From contig CP084166.1 of NCBI GenBank assembly GCA_021513695.1, positions 1,600,001 to 1,664,000 of the forward strand: 64,000 nt of DNA. Reading direction: 5' to 3'. This stretch comes from Candidatus Heimdallarchaeum aukensis (lineage in GTDB: Archaea > Asgardarchaeota > Heimdallarchaeia > Heimdallarchaeales > Heimdallarchaeaceae). The position numbers and the translations under genes were made by a program. Each line of letters begins with the position of its first letter. The first letter of the stretch is position 1. This document shows, piece after piece, positions 49,320-61,918 of this stretch. The notes below the pieces were generated by a model. The model did not search any database. It was not told the DNA's origin and saw nothing but the letters and a program-made list of their open reading frames with translations.

Positions 49320-49979
49320 ATGGTATGGAAAAACAAAAAGGATGAAAGAAACCCCAACTTTAGAGAGTTTCGTTCTGTTAGATATTATACCAATATAAAT
49401 GGTAAAGAAAATACTTATGGTTATGATTACACTATTGACGAAAATGGTAAAAAAATCTATAAAGAATATGGAGATCCATCAATGTTTAATTTAAGTGAAA
49501 ACATTGAAGAAAGAATTAGAGAGTTTGAAAATATGTTTAGTAACGAATTGAGAGTTGACAGATTTGGATTGTTGAACAGTATCTTTCCAAAATTAAGTAA
49601 TATGTTTGAAGAACACATCTCAAGTTTAGGATTACCTATGGCTTCAGAGCCAAGATCAATTGAGCCATTAGAAAATGATAAATCTAGTGGTAAGCAAGAA
49701 TTAAGTTATGATTTCCAAAAAGAAGGTGACAAGTTATATCTAATTATTGAACTTCCTGGATTTGGGAAAGAAGACCTTAAACTCAAGCTTAAAGACAATA
49801 AACTCTATCTAGTTGCAAAAAACAACAAGAAGGAAATAAGTACTGTAATTGACCTCAAATATAAAGTGAATAAAAAATCTAAAATCGATGCCACTATGCA
49901 AAATGGTATTCTCGAACTACAATTTGAACTAGATAAAGATGAAAAAAACGATGATGGATTAGACATCACCATCCACTAA
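49320..49979 (+). CDS. Hsp20/alpha-crystallin-domain protein with a roughly 120-aa N-terminal extension
   Basis: The C-terminal 90 aa fit the ACD pattern (YDFQKEGDKLYLIIELPGFGKEDLKLKLKDNKLYLVAKN...ATMQNGILELQFE). Confidence 0.5.
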   Translation: MVWKNKKDERNPNFREFRSVRYYTNINGKENTYGYDYTIDENGKKIYKEYGDPSMFNLSENIEERIREFENMFSNELRVDRFGLLNSIFPKLSNMFEEHISSLGLPMASEPRSIEPLENDKSSGKQELSYDFQKEGDKLYLIIELPGFGKEDLKLKLKDNKLYLVAKNNKKEISTVIDLKYKVNKKSKIDATMQNGILELQFELDKDEKNDDGLDITIH

Positions 49980-49996
49980 ATTTTTTCTTTTTTTAG

Positions 49997-52237
<2,241 letters not shown>

Positions 52238-52259
52238 CCCATTTCTTTTTTTTCAGGAG

Positions 52260-52991
52260 ATGAGGATTATGGATGATGACGAAGAGATTATGGATATCGA
52301 AGAACTATTTGAAGTATTTAGTAACTCTACAAGGCGAAAGATTCTTGAACTACTATCGTCTGAAGCTCTATATCCTTTTCAAATTTCAAAAATCCTAGAA
52401 ATATCTCCAAGAATAATAGGAAAATATATTTCTGAACTTGAAGAATTAGGATTAGTAAAAACAATTGAAAAAAAGAGTGATAAAGGACCAGTAAGAAGGT
52501 ATGCACAGATAGACAAAACATTTTCTATTATGATTGACATCGGGCCTAACAATTTCTCTTGGAAAGTAGTTCCCATTGAGACAGAAACCAGTGATGAAGA
52601 GGTACAAACAACAGGAATTAGGAAAATTAGAGAAAGTGACATAAGAAGTATTGAAGAAGTTAAAAATTCGATTAAGAAAAAGGTTGCTGAAGTTGTAAAA
52701 ATAGATAATAAGAGAAAAGAATTAGTTGCAGACATAAATGAATGTTTTAAGATTTTTAATGACCTTTTAGAGAACACAATAGAAGAATATATTGATAGAG
52801 TTTATGTACGGACTTTGCTTCGAGAGATGGTAAACATGAAGCAAGAATGGATTTCTTCTAATCACTTATCGAACACTTTACGAGAGTGGAGAGGAGATAT
52901 TAGGAATAGGTTAATTAAACTAGCTGAAGAAACAGGAATTGTAAAGTATAAATTTGATAATCGAAAAAATGATTATTTATTTTCTATCTAA
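52260..52991 (+). CDS. ArsR-family winged-HTH transcriptional regulator with a C-terminal extension
   Basis: FEVFSNSTRRKILELLSSEALYPFQISKILEISPRIIGKYISELEELGLV is an ArsR/SmtB-type HTH. The probable start is MRIMDDDEE (ATG at 52260 or 52269) rather than the track's 52224. Confidence 0.6.
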   Translation: MRIMDDDEEIMDIEELFEVFSNSTRRKILELLSSEALYPFQISKILEISPRIIGKYISELEELGLVKTIEKKSDKGPVRRYAQIDKTFSIMIDIGPNNFSWKVVPIETETSDEEVQTTGIRKIRESDIRSIEEVKNSIKKKVAEVVKIDNKRKELVADINECFKIFNDLLENTIEEYIDRVYVRTLLREMVNMKQEWISSNHLSNTLREWRGDIRNRLIKLAEETGIVKYKFDNRKNDYLFSI

Positions 52992-53031
52992 TCATTTTTA
53001 TTTAGTCTGTTAAATTTCATTATAAGCTAAA

Positions 53032-54384
53032 ATGACAAAAAGTTTCATTCAATTACACATTGGCATAGATGACACTGATTCACTATCTGGAAATTGTACC
53101 ACTTATGTAGCTGCAAGAATCATAGAATATCTCTCTAATTTTGTCAAGTTTAGCGATTATCCTAGGTTAATCAGAAATAACCCCAATATTCCATGGAAAA
53201 CTAGAGGAAATGGGGCAATTGCAATTTCATTTAAGGTAGAAGAAAAATATATTGACGAAATAATTTCTTTTATTTTTAACTACATAAAAGATAATCATGA
53301 ACATGATATTAATACAAATCCAGGTTGTGTGATCATTAAAGGAGAAGTTCCTCTTCTTGTCAGAGAATTTTCTAAAAGAGCTTTAATCTCTAATATCAAA
53401 ATTAATGAAGCAAAGGAACTGATTAAGGATCTAAATTTAAAATCTTTTCACATTGGTAATGGGCGAGGTTTAATTGGTGCTTTAGCTGCATTAGGCAATG
53501 AGTTAAAACCTTCAGAAGAAGATTTCACGTATGAATTACTTACTTACAGACGAAAAGAGAACATAGGAAAAAAACGATTAGTGTCTGAAGAAAGTGTTCA
53601 TTTAATGGATAAAGAACTGTATCCATTTGTTTTCAACAATATTGATGAGGAAAAAAATAAATCGATCATTGCTCCTGCAGGAAAAGACCCAGTATTATAT
53701 GGTATCAGAGGAGAAAATGCTGAAATATTATTGAAAGCATTAAAAATTGTTAAAACTTATGAAGAAATAGAAAGATACTGTATTTTTAGGACAAATCAAG
53801 GAACAGATCAACATTTTAAATTTGCAAGTTCAAAAATTGAAAAGTATTCAGTATTCAAAGGCGAAATAGAAGTCCAAACAAAGCCTACAACTATCTTAGG
53901 AGGACATGTTTTTTTTAAAGGAAAAATCCTTGATAGCGGTAAAATCGTAGATGTTGCTGCATTTGAACCAACAAAGAAGTTTAGACTAGTAGTTAAACAA
54001 TTACTACCAAATGACAGAATAATTGCTTTTGGTGGAGTTCAAGTTTTTCAGGAGAATGTTTTTACAATTCAACTAGAAAAGATGATAGTTACGCATGTTG
54101 CAGAACAATACAAAGAGCTTTCTCCACTCTGTCCTCAATGTGGAAAGAGAATGACTTCTGCTGGTTTTTCAAAAGGCCATAAATGTAAAAAATGTGGTTA
54201 CAAAGATAGAAATAGCAAAAAAATTAGAGAAACTGTTTACAGAGAATTGAAAAAAGGACTATATATTCCTCCAGCTGGTTCTCAGCGGCATTTAGTTAAA
54301 CCCCATAGAAGGTATTCTATAGAAAACTCAAGAGAGAATAAAATTGTTCTTATTAATAATTGGTGGAGAAAAAACGAGAATTAG
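53032..54384 (+). CDS. tiaS: tRNA(Ile2) 2-agmatinylcytidine synthetase
   Basis: LHIGIDDTDSLSGNCTTYVA is the TiaS kinase-domain signature. YPRLIRNNPNIPWKTRGNGAIA is present. The C-terminal zinc ribbon reads CPQCGKR...CKKCG. Confidence 0.8.
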   Translation: MTKSFIQLHIGIDDTDSLSGNCTTYVAARIIEYLSNFVKFSDYPRLIRNNPNIPWKTRGNGAIAISFKVEEKYIDEIISFIFNYIKDNHEHDINTNPGCVIIKGEVPLLVREFSKRALISNIKINEAKELIKDLNLKSFHIGNGRGLIGALAALGNELKPSEEDFTYELLTYRRKENIGKKRLVSEESVHLMDKELYPFVFNNIDEEKNKSIIAPAGKDPVLYGIRGENAEILLKALKIVKTYEEIERYCIFRTNQGTDQHFKFASSKIEKYSVFKGEIEVQTKPTTILGGHVFFKGKILDSGKIVDVAAFEPTKKFRLVVKQLLPNDRIIAFGGVQVFQENVFTIQLEKMIVTHVAEQYKELSPLCPQCGKRMTSAGFSKGHKCKKCGYKDRNSKKIRETVYRELKKGLYIPPAGSQRHLVKPHRRYSIENSRENKIVLINNWWRKNEN

Positions 54385-54464
54385 GAGGTTAACCCCTCCA
54401 ATGAAGGCGCGTATGAGCGCTGAGTGTCGGTTAAAAAACCTCAGCAAAGAGTTAATGTTTTTTT
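54384..54464. terminator. hairpin cluster plus T8 run between convergent tiaS and aIF5B (bidirectional terminator region)
   Basis: The hairpins are GGAGG-ttaacc-CCTCC, GCGC-gtatga-GCGC and CTGAG...GGTT-aaaa-AACC...CTCAG. A T8 run lies at 54457-54464 and an A6 run faces the other strand. Confidence 0.4.
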
Positions 54465-54492
54465 TCTATTTAAAATTATCGGAGAAATGATC

Positions 54493-56310
54493 TTACCATG
54501 CCCACCATTTATCAACATTTTTCCTCTTTATCTCAATTAGCTCATCTAAACATTTAGATTGGTCTTGTGTTAAAGACTCACCATATTTCTTTTTCAGTAA
54601 CCTTACATGTCTCTCCGGAATATCAACATAAAGAATATCACCCTCATGAATTTGTCGACCAACAGTTGGTCCTCTGATACTCATAGCAACTTGTTGACCT
54701 TTTTTTGCTTCTTGTATGTTTTCTCCTCTATCCTGAAGACCATGAATTCTTCCAACCCGTCTATTATCTTCTCGAATTAACATTGAACCAGTGTTTATTT
54801 TACCAGCTAATACCTCTATTCCAACTATCGCAGGATTTGATCTACGAAATACGTATCCTTGTAATATTTCTAATTTAGCGGGCATAATTATATCTTTCAG
54901 AGATTCAGCTTTTATAGACTCTTTAACATCTTCTTTCCAGCGATCATATTCATCTATCAAATTATAGATAACTCTATCAGAAAAAATCTTGATATCGTTG
55001 ATTGAAGCTTCTTCTTCTGCATCGGGAAGCAATTCTGTATTAAAACATAATACTGCACCATACTCTGGAGCTTTTTCAGCCACTATTGCTGCATCAATAA
55101 TATCTTTTTTAGTAACTTCACCCACATTAGCTTTTTGAATGGGTATATTTCTACTTTTTAACATGTCAACAATTGCTTCTAAACTACCAAGAGTATCAAC
55201 TTTTACGATTACTCCGTTTTCTTCAGTATCAAAAACAAACTGTTGAAGTTCTGCATTAACTTCATCAATAACTTGTTGCTCTTTGCCTTTAGGAGCTACT
55301 CGTACAGGAGCCCCTGCTAGAACATCTTCTAAACCAGGAGCACTTATTTTTAAACCAGCAGAAGCATAAACTTTATCTACATTTCTAAATTTATCTCGAG
55401 GATCACGCATCTCATCAAGTTCTTTAGCTTGGAGGAGTGCTCGTATCTTTACTAATTTAGCTCCTCCTCTTCCTCCTATAACAACTTGGTCATTTTTTGT
55501 AATTACACCATCATATAAGATGATGTCAGCTGTTGTTCCCATACCTTCAACATCTTTTACTTCTAATACTGTACCAGAACCAGGCCCAGTACTGTATTCT
55601 AGTTTTTTCATCATAAATTGTTGTGTTAAACCTGCTAAAACCAAAAACAAGTCGGGTATTCCTTCTCCTGTAACTGCACTTGTAGGAATGATTGCTATTT
55701 TCTTTCTAAAATCTTTCACACGGTCATAACGATCAGCTTCAAATTTTAATTCACTTAACTCTCCCATTATTTCATAAATTCTGTTATCAAGATCCTGTTT
55801 AGCTTTAGGTATTTGTTTATTATAAGACTCAATGAAAGTAGCTCCTTCTATCCCTTTCCAAGCTGAGATTCTATCAATTTTGTTTGCAGCAACAATAAAG
55901 GGTACTTTTCTTGCCTTTAAAATATCCATTGATTCATAAGTCTGAGCTTGAAACCCTCGAGTTAAGTCAACAACTAATATTGCAATATCTGCAACAGAAG
56001 CTCCTCTTTTTCTCAGATTTGTGAAAACAGCATGTCCAGGAGTATCAACAATGAGTATTCCAGGAATATTTAACTCTATTTTAGAATTTTTCATTAATTT
56101 ACTACTTACTTTTACAATCGTTTCTGTTGGAAAAAAACTTGCCCCAACATGTTGTGTGATACCTGCTGCTTCTCTAGCTTGAACAGCAGTTCCCCTTACC
56201 TTATCTAAAAGACTAGTTTTTCCAGAATCAACATGCCCAAGAATAACAGCTATTGGGCTTCGAATTCTCTTTCCACTTTCTTCATTTACAACTTTAGACA
56301 ATAGAAACAC
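54493..56310 (-). CDS. infB: translation initiation factor aIF5B (IF-2 homologue)
   Basis: G1 reads GHVDSGKTSLLD, G3 reads DTPGH and G4 reads NKID. The protein is 605 aa with domains II-IV. Confidence 0.9.
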   Translation of the reverse strand: MFLLSKVVNEESGKRIRSPIAVILGHVDSGKTSLLDKVRGTAVQAREAAGITQHVGASFFPTETIVKVSSKLMKNSKIELNIPGILIVDTPGHAVFTNLRKRGASVADIAILVVDLTRGFQAQTYESMDILKARKVPFIVAANKIDRISAWKGIEGATFIESYNKQIPKAKQDLDNRIYEIMGELSELKFEADRYDRVKDFRKKIAIIPTSAVTGEGIPDLFLVLAGLTQQFMMKKLEYSTGPGSGTVLEVKDVEGMGTTADIILYDGVITKNDQVVIGGRGGAKLVKIRALLQAKELDEMRDPRDKFRNVDKVYASAGLKISAPGLEDVLAGAPVRVAPKGKEQQVIDEVNAELQQFVFDTEENGVIVKVDTLGSLEAIVDMLKSRNIPIQKANVGEVTKKDIIDAAIVAEKAPEYGAVLCFNTELLPDAEEEASINDIKIFSDRVIYNLIDEYDRWKEDVKESIKAESLKDIIMPAKLEILQGYVFRRSNPAIVGIEVLAGKINTGSMLIREDNRRVGRIHGLQDRGENIQEAKKGQQVAMSIRGPTVGRQIHEGDILYVDIPERHVRLLKKKYGESLTQDQSKCLDELIEIKRKNVDKWWAW

Positions 56311-56441
56311 CTTTCTTTTTTCTTTTACTCTTATTTCTGTTTATTTCTCTTTTTTTAAAAATAAATTGGTCTGTTATACTTTATTAAAAAAAACAACAAT
56401 GAAGAAAAAAGAAAAAAAATTAAGAACAAAAGATTATAAAT

Positions 56442-56612
56442 CTAAAGATCTCTTGCACTTACAGTTTTACGTCCGTTGGCTTTAGCTCTTTCAGCTGCTT
56501 TCTTGACAATTCCTTCAACAAGTTTGTCAAGAGCATCAAAGAGGTCTCCACCAACTTTGTAATCACCAAGTTCCTTGATGAGTTCTCTTACTTTACTTTT
56601 TACGACAATCAT
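56442..56612 (-). CDS. short histone-fold protein (56 aa; archaeal histone-like with truncated alpha-3) - not in the supplied ORF track
   Basis: The reverse-strand translation is MIVVKSKVRELIKELGDYKVGGDLFDALDKLVEGIVKKAAERAKANGRKTVSARDL. ...ERAKANGRKTVSARDL aligns with the archaeal histone L2-alpha-3 block ...KHAGRKTIKAEDI. The alpha-1/loop/alpha-2 pattern is preserved, but alpha-3 is cut after DL. Confidence 0.45.
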   Translation of the reverse strand: MIVVKSKVRELIKELGDYKVGGDLFDALDKLVEGIVKKAAERAKANGRKTVSARDL

Positions 56613-56906
56613 TTTTTTGTCACCTTATGCTTTGTGCCTTGCGTTTTTCACGCAAGTACGATAAATACTATTACAGAGCCCCTTAAAAAGGTTTTTGGTT
56701 TAGCCATCTTTTTTTAAAACCTTACGCTATCTAGTAAAAAAAGCCGACAATAATTGCCCTACATTCAAAAAATTCCAGTTTGAGCGAGTTTTGTCCTCTA
56801 ATTTTAATGAGGTTCGATTTAAAAGGATATAAAAAAGAATAACAATAAAAATAAAAAATATGTGGTTTTAGAGGTTTTAATGATATTTCATTATATTGCA
56901 ACAAGG

Positions 56907-58202
56907 TTATACGTGTTTAGTAAGCAATTCGCCTAGTTTTCTTACTCCTTCATCCAACAGTTCTGGATTAAGGAAGGAAAAGCCTATTCTCATTCCTCCT
57001 TTAATTACTTTTAGAGGTACAATAGTTCTCGTCTCCAAATCATAGGAATACCCAACGGGGGGATAAAATGCAGCTCCAGGAACAACTAGTACATCATTAG
57101 GTAGAAGAATATCTTGGTTAAACTTTCCGACATCAAAAGAATAAGCTTTTTCATCAGGTGCTTGCCACCAGATAAAGAAACCACCAGTAGGATTTGTATA
57201 ATCCCCTTCTGGAAAAGTATCTTGTAATGCCTTAAAAGCCACATCTTTTTGTTTTTTATACTTTTGAACAATTTCAGGTAAATAGGTATCAATATATTTG
57301 GCATAATATATTTCAGCAACTCTTTGAGTTAAAGTAGGAGTACAAAGGTCTATATAACCTTTTGATTTTTCTGCTTCTAAATGCAGATGCTCTGGCATTA
57401 GAGAATAACCTATTCTAAGAGGTGCAGCTTCTTTTGATGTTGAAGAGACATAAATAACCCATTCATTATCCTTATCCAAAGACTTGATTGGAGGAATACG
57501 CTCAGTAAATTGCATTTCTTTATAAGCTTCATCTTCTAAAATGAAAACATTGTATTTCTCAGCGAGATCATACAGGGCCTTTCTCCTTTCATAAGGTAAA
57601 GTAGTCCCTTTTGGATTGTCGCTATCACTTACAACATATAGAAGCTTAACTTTTTTGCCTAATTCCTTTTCTGCTTTAACAATTGTATCCTCAACAGCTT
57701 CTGGTATAAGCCCAAATTCATCTGTGGGAGCAGTTACAACTGTTCCTCCAATTTTTACAACCGCTGTGACAAATCCTAGATATGCAGGACTGGGGGTTAT
57801 AACTATATCTCCAGGGTTTACTAATATATCAAGAACAAGATAAGTGGCTTGTTGTGACCCTGTTGTAATTAACATTTTTTCCCAATCTTGTTTTCCTGAG
57901 ATACATGAAATTTTATCTTTAACATGTAATCTTTCAGCTAAAACTTCTCTTAATCCCTTGGCTCCAGCAGTCATACCATATTGAAATTCATTAATAACTC
58001 TTTTTTCATCCTCTTTGTAATATTCTGATAACTCATCTAAAATTTTAGGAAATACTTTAGTAGGTAAATTGCCGGGAAGACCACCAGCTAAATAATACTT
58101 TGTTTTATTTTTTAATAAGCGTCTAATCTCAGATTCTGGTATTTTTTTGGTCCAATCGGCAAGCAATTCTCTTGTTGATTCTATATTTCTCATTGCGTCC
58201 AA
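56907..58202 (-). CDS. class I/II PLP aminotransferase (2-aminoadipate/aromatic aminotransferase-like)
   Basis: Aminotransferase fold pattern, 431 aa, SSTSKEAAPLRIGY (the SxSK lysine), and no HTH. Confidence 0.7.
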   Translation of the reverse strand: MDAMRNIESTRELLADWTKKIPESEIRRLLKNKTKYYLAGGLPGNLPTKVFPKILDELSEYYKEDEKRVINEFQYGMTAGAKGLREVLAERLHVKDKISCISGKQDWEKMLITTGSQQATYLVLDILVNPGDIVITPSPAYLGFVTAVVKIGGTVVTAPTDEFGLIPEAVEDTIVKAEKELGKKVKLLYVVSDSDNPKGTTLPYERRKALYDLAEKYNVFILEDEAYKEMQFTERIPPIKSLDKDNEWVIYVSSTSKEAAPLRIGYSLMPEHLHLEAEKSKGYIDLCTPTLTQRVAEIYYAKYIDTYLPEIVQKYKKQKDVAFKALQDTFPEGDYTNPTGGFFIWWQAPDEKAYSFDVGKFNQDILLPNDVLVVPGAAFYPPVGYSYDLETRTIVPLKVIKGGMRIGFSFLNPELLDEGVRKLGELLTKHV

Positions 58203-58386
58203 TTTCCAACCTCCAATCCTTGTACTAATATTTATAGAAAAATCTTAATTAGTATCTAAAAAACTTTCGCAACAACTATAAATTAATTTTATAAAATCTT
58301 TCTAATAATCGGCTAAAACAATAGAGATATTTTAAAGTTTAATTGAAACGAGTAATGTTTTTATTGAAGACATTTAAGAATGACTT

Positions 58387-59556
58387 GTGCAAATCGAGAA
58401 GATAGATATTGGAATAATTGGAGCTGGACCAGCAGGATTATCAGCGGGTTTAGCTTTAGCAATGAATGGACATAAACCAATAATTTTTGAAGAACACTCC
58501 GTAGTGGGAATACCTGTTCAATGCGGAGAGGGTATTAGCGATAAAGTTTTTCTAGATTTTCCAATATTAAAGGATAATAGAGGATTCCTATTAAGGAAAT
58601 TTAAAAATACAAAAATCTATTTTCCAGGCAACTATGCTGTTTTTGGAGATACTCATGCATACATGATTATGAGAGATAAATTTGATCAATTTCTTGCCAA
58701 ACATGTTGAGAGAAGTGGAGGAAGAATTCTTACAAATTCTAGAGTAATTGACGTAACTGAAAAGAAAGGAGGTGTCCAGATAGAGATAGAAAAAGAAGGA
58801 AAAAGACAATTATTCTTATCTTCCATCTTACTTATTGCTGAAGGACCAAAAGCGAATATAGCAAAAAAACTAGGGTTTGAAACTCCGGAGATGATAAGAG
58901 CTTTAGAATATAGAATTCAGGGAGAGTTCAGCGATACTATGGAATTCTACTTTGATAACGAGAAATATCCCTTTGGATATTGCTGGATATTCCCAAGGAA
59001 AGAAGAAACAAATGTTGGAATAGTAACTACCGCCAAAAATCGTAAAGAAATTTTGGATAATTTTCTTAAAGAGAGAAATATTTCAGGAAAGATAATAAAA
59101 AAAATAGGTGGGGCAATACCAAAAAAGGGTATAGTAAAACGACTTGCTACAGAAAAAATAGCTCTACTGGGTGATACAGGGGGCTTTGCCAATCCTCTTT
59201 TTTACGGCGGAATACGAAACGCAATGTTCAGTGGGAAAATAGTTGCAGATATTATTAATATGCAGCTAAAAAACAGAGAAAAAATAGATCTTAGAATATT
59301 TGAGAAAGAAGTTAGAAAACACCCATTTACTTCTGAAATAAGTATAAAATGCCATAATTACTTTTACACAAGTTCTGTAAAATTTCAAGAGAAAATTGGC
59401 AAATTATTTAATGAAACATATATAAATCGAATTGAAAATAAAGAGATATTAAAATATTTATTAAAATTAGCAACTAATCCAACACTTATCAAAAATCCTA
59501 GAAAACTATACTTGCTTTATAAAGGTTTCAAACTAGCAAGAGACTATGGATTTTAA
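58387..59556 (+). CDS. geranylgeranyl reductase family FAD-dependent oxidoreductase
   Basis: The FAD-binding fold reads IGIIGAGPAGLSAGLALA, and the GD motif reads ALLGDTGGFANP, as in the GGR family. GTG start. Confidence 0.75.
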   Translation: MQIEKIDIGIIGAGPAGLSAGLALAMNGHKPIIFEEHSVVGIPVQCGEGISDKVFLDFPILKDNRGFLLRKFKNTKIYFPGNYAVFGDTHAYMIMRDKFDQFLAKHVERSGGRILTNSRVIDVTEKKGGVQIEIEKEGKRQLFLSSILLIAEGPKANIAKKLGFETPEMIRALEYRIQGEFSDTMEFYFDNEKYPFGYCWIFPRKEETNVGIVTTAKNRKEILDNFLKERNISGKIIKKIGGAIPKKGIVKRLATEKIALLGDTGGFANPLFYGGIRNAMFSGKIVADIINMQLKNREKIDLRIFEKEVRKHPFTSEISIKCHNYFYTSSVKFQEKIGKLFNETYINRIENKEILKYLLKLATNPTLIKNPRKLYLLYKGFKLARDYGF

Positions 59557-59686
59557 ATTAATCGTTCTAAAAAACAGAAAAAACATTGTTTAACCTCTTT
59601 TAGTCTATTTTTCTTTTTTGTGCAATAAAGGACGAAAACCATAAGAGTTAAATGCAAACCAATGATGAAATCTTCGAGGAAAAAAA

Positions 59687-59878
59687 ATGATTATCCCCGT
59701 ACGTTGTTGGACATGTGGTTCTTTAATTGCAGATAAGTGGGAAGAGTTTCACGAAAGAGTTGAAAATAACGAGAATCCAGAAAAAGTATTAGATGACTTG
59801 AAAGTCAATCGTTGGTGTTGTCGAAGAATGTTGATAGCACATATTGATCTCATTGATGAGATACTCCCATTCAGTTAG
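59687..59878 (+). CDS. rpoN: DNA-directed RNA polymerase subunit Rpo10 (N)
   Basis: [11 protein letters not shown]...RWCCRRML is the canonical Rpo10 Zn-binding pattern. Confidence 0.85.
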   Translation: MIIPVRCWTCGSLIADKWEEFHERVENNENPEKVLDDLKVNRWCCRRMLIAHIDLIDEILPFS

Positions 59879-59949
59879 GAAGTTTATAACAAACAACAAA
59901 AAAAAGAACAAGAAACGAAACTTTTTATATAAAACTAAAAGAGAATGAA

Positions 59950-60612
59950 GTGATTAGGAAACGAGGAAGAAAAATGTCTGAAGAAACTAAAGATCCAATT
60001 GAAGAAGAACAAACACTTTTAGTTCCTAGAGATGAATATTTAGTTAGCGGAATTCATATTGGGACAAGTGTATGCACAAAATCAATGCAAAAATACATGT
60101 ATCGAGTTCGCACTGATGGTATTTTTGTTCTTAATGTAAATTTAACAGACGAACGTATACGTACTGCTGCTAAGTTTTTAGCTCGATTCGAGCCTTCTCA
60201 AGTAGCAGTTTTTGCAACAAGACAATATGCATCTGTACCATCTACAAAAATGGCTCGTTATTGTGGTTTTAAAGTATTTCCAGGTCGTTTTATCCCAGGA
60301 ACTTTAACCAATCCTACATACTCAGGATATATTGAGCCAGATATAATAATTCTAACTGACCCACGAGCAGACAAACAAGCTCTAACAGAAGCTTCTTCAC
60401 GTGGTATTCCTATTATTGCATTATGCGATACAGATAATATCACAACAAATGTCGATTTTGTTATTCCTGTAAATAATAAAGGAAGAAAAAGTCTTGCGTT
60501 AGTATATTACCTACTAACAAGACAGGTATTGATCGAGCGTGGAGAGTTAGGCGAAAACGAAGATTTGCCAGAAACTGTAGAAGACTTTTCTTTCAAACTA
60601 ATTAGAGATTAA
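59950..60612 (+). CDS. rps2: 30S ribosomal protein uS2 (likely start MSEETKD at 59974)
   Basis: LVSGIHIGT, VFATRQYA and IIILTDPRAD...ASSRGIPIIALCDTDN are uS2/SA-family blocks. Confidence 0.85.
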   Translation: MIRKRGRKMSEETKDPIEEEQTLLVPRDEYLVSGIHIGTSVCTKSMQKYMYRVRTDGIFVLNVNLTDERIRTAAKFLARFEPSQVAVFATRQYASVPSTKMARYCGFKVFPGRFIPGTLTNPTYSGYIEPDIIILTDPRADKQALTEASSRGIPIIALCDTDNITTNVDFVIPVNNKGRKSLALVYYLLTRQVLIERGELGENEDLPETVEDFSFKLIRD

Positions 60613-60946
60613 TGTGTTCCTTTTCTTTCATTTTATTGTTAAAAAGAAAAGGGAATACTCTACTTCTTTTTTGCGACAGTCCTTTAGGAACTATCAGTTA
60701 AACTTTCCAATAGAAAAATAATTTACTCTTAGTCGTTATCAGATATTATCTTTAAATTAAAATATGTAAAAATTACTTCTCTAACAGAATTCTTTCCTTA
60801 TATTTATGTTTCATTGATTTCATAGTGTTTTTATTTGTTTACATTATTGAAGCTCAATAACACAACTTTATTTTCTCTTCCATTTTCAAAAAAAATCAAT
60901 ATAGAAGCTTGAAAAAGCTTTTATCATCCAATTTTTTGTCAGACAT

Positions 60947-61918
60947 ATGAAAGAAATTATCTCCTGTTCTGCCCCTGGTAAAGTTATTCTATTTGGGGAG
61001 CATGCAGTTGTTTATGGCTTTCCAGCTATTGCACTAGCCATCAATAAAAGAGCAAGAGTAAGCATAACAGAAGGAGATGATGAACTAAAAACTCTTTTCA
61101 CCCCAGATTTATTTCCAAAAAAACGATTTGATCTTACCAACGAGCATGATGCCCCTACACAGCTTAAAGCAATCTTTTTTCTTTTAAAGAAAATGAATAT
61201 GGTTGACAATTTATCTAATGGGCAACAAATACTAATAAAGTCTCAAATTCCTCCTTCAGCAGGATTAGGATCTAGCGCTGCAGTTAGTGTATCATTAGCA
61301 ATGTTGGGAACTAAAATTTCTAACAAAAAACTAACACTTGAAGAGATTAATAAAATTGCTTTTCAAGCTGAAAAGATTCAACATGGAACCCCTAGTGGAA
61401 TAGACAACTTCATTTCAACATTTGGAGGAGGAGTTTATTACTTAAAGAAATCACTAGAAAGAATTGACATTTCTAAAATATCCTTTAAAATAGTTATTAT
61501 TAACACAAAAGTCACTAGAAATACAAAAGATTTAGTTTTAGCAGTAAAAAAGAGATATGAAAAAAATAAAGAGTATACTAAAGAGATATTAAATGAAATT
61601 AAAACGATAACCGAACAAGCAAAAACAGCTATAGAAAAAGGGATGACTGAAAAAATAGGTGAATTAATGAATCAAAACCAAGTAGCATTAGATAAATTAG
61701 GAGTAGGGCACAAAAAAATTACAGAAACTGTTAATATTTTAAGGAGTGAAGGAGCAATAGGTGCAAAACTAACTGGGGCAGGAGGAGGAGGGTGTGTTCT
61801 CGGAATATTTTCAAGTAAACAAGAAGCTTCCATAGCTGTAAAAAGGGCAGAAGATGAAGGTTTTGAGGCCTTTATTACGGAACCATCTAAAATAGGAGCA
61901 AGAGAAAATGAACTCTAA
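60947..61918 (+). CDS. mvk: mevalonate kinase
   Basis: The GHMP kinase motifs read APGKVILFGEHAVVYG and PPSAGLGSSAAVSVSL. The protein is 323 aa. Confidence 0.8.
   Translation: MKEIISCSAPGKVILFGEHAVVYGFPAIALAINKRARVSITEGDDELKTLFTPDLFPKKRFDLTNEHDAPTQLKAIFFLLKKMNMVDNLSNGQQILIKSQIPPSAGLGSSAAVSVSLAMLGTKISNKKLTLEEINKIAFQAEKIQHGTPSGIDNFISTFGGGVYYLKKSLERIDISKISFKIVIINTKVTRNTKDLVLAVKKRYEKNKEYTKEILNEIKTITEQAKTAIEKGMTEKIGELMNQNQVALDKLGVGHKKITETVNILRSEGAIGAKLTGAGGGGCVLGIFSSKQEASIAVKRAEDEGFEAFITEPSKIGARENEL

Noticed and set aside
56311-56441. 28-codon ORF MKKKEKKLRTKDYKSKDLLHLQFYVRWL
   Set aside because: It is a lysine-codon artefact of an A-rich spacer and overlaps the 3' end of the histone-fold gene in antisense.
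60880-60900. AAGCTT-n5-AAGCTT upstream of mvk as an operator
   Set aside because: AAGCTT is self-palindromic, so the pair carries little information. At 6 bp it is likely a chance occurrence in AT-rich DNA.
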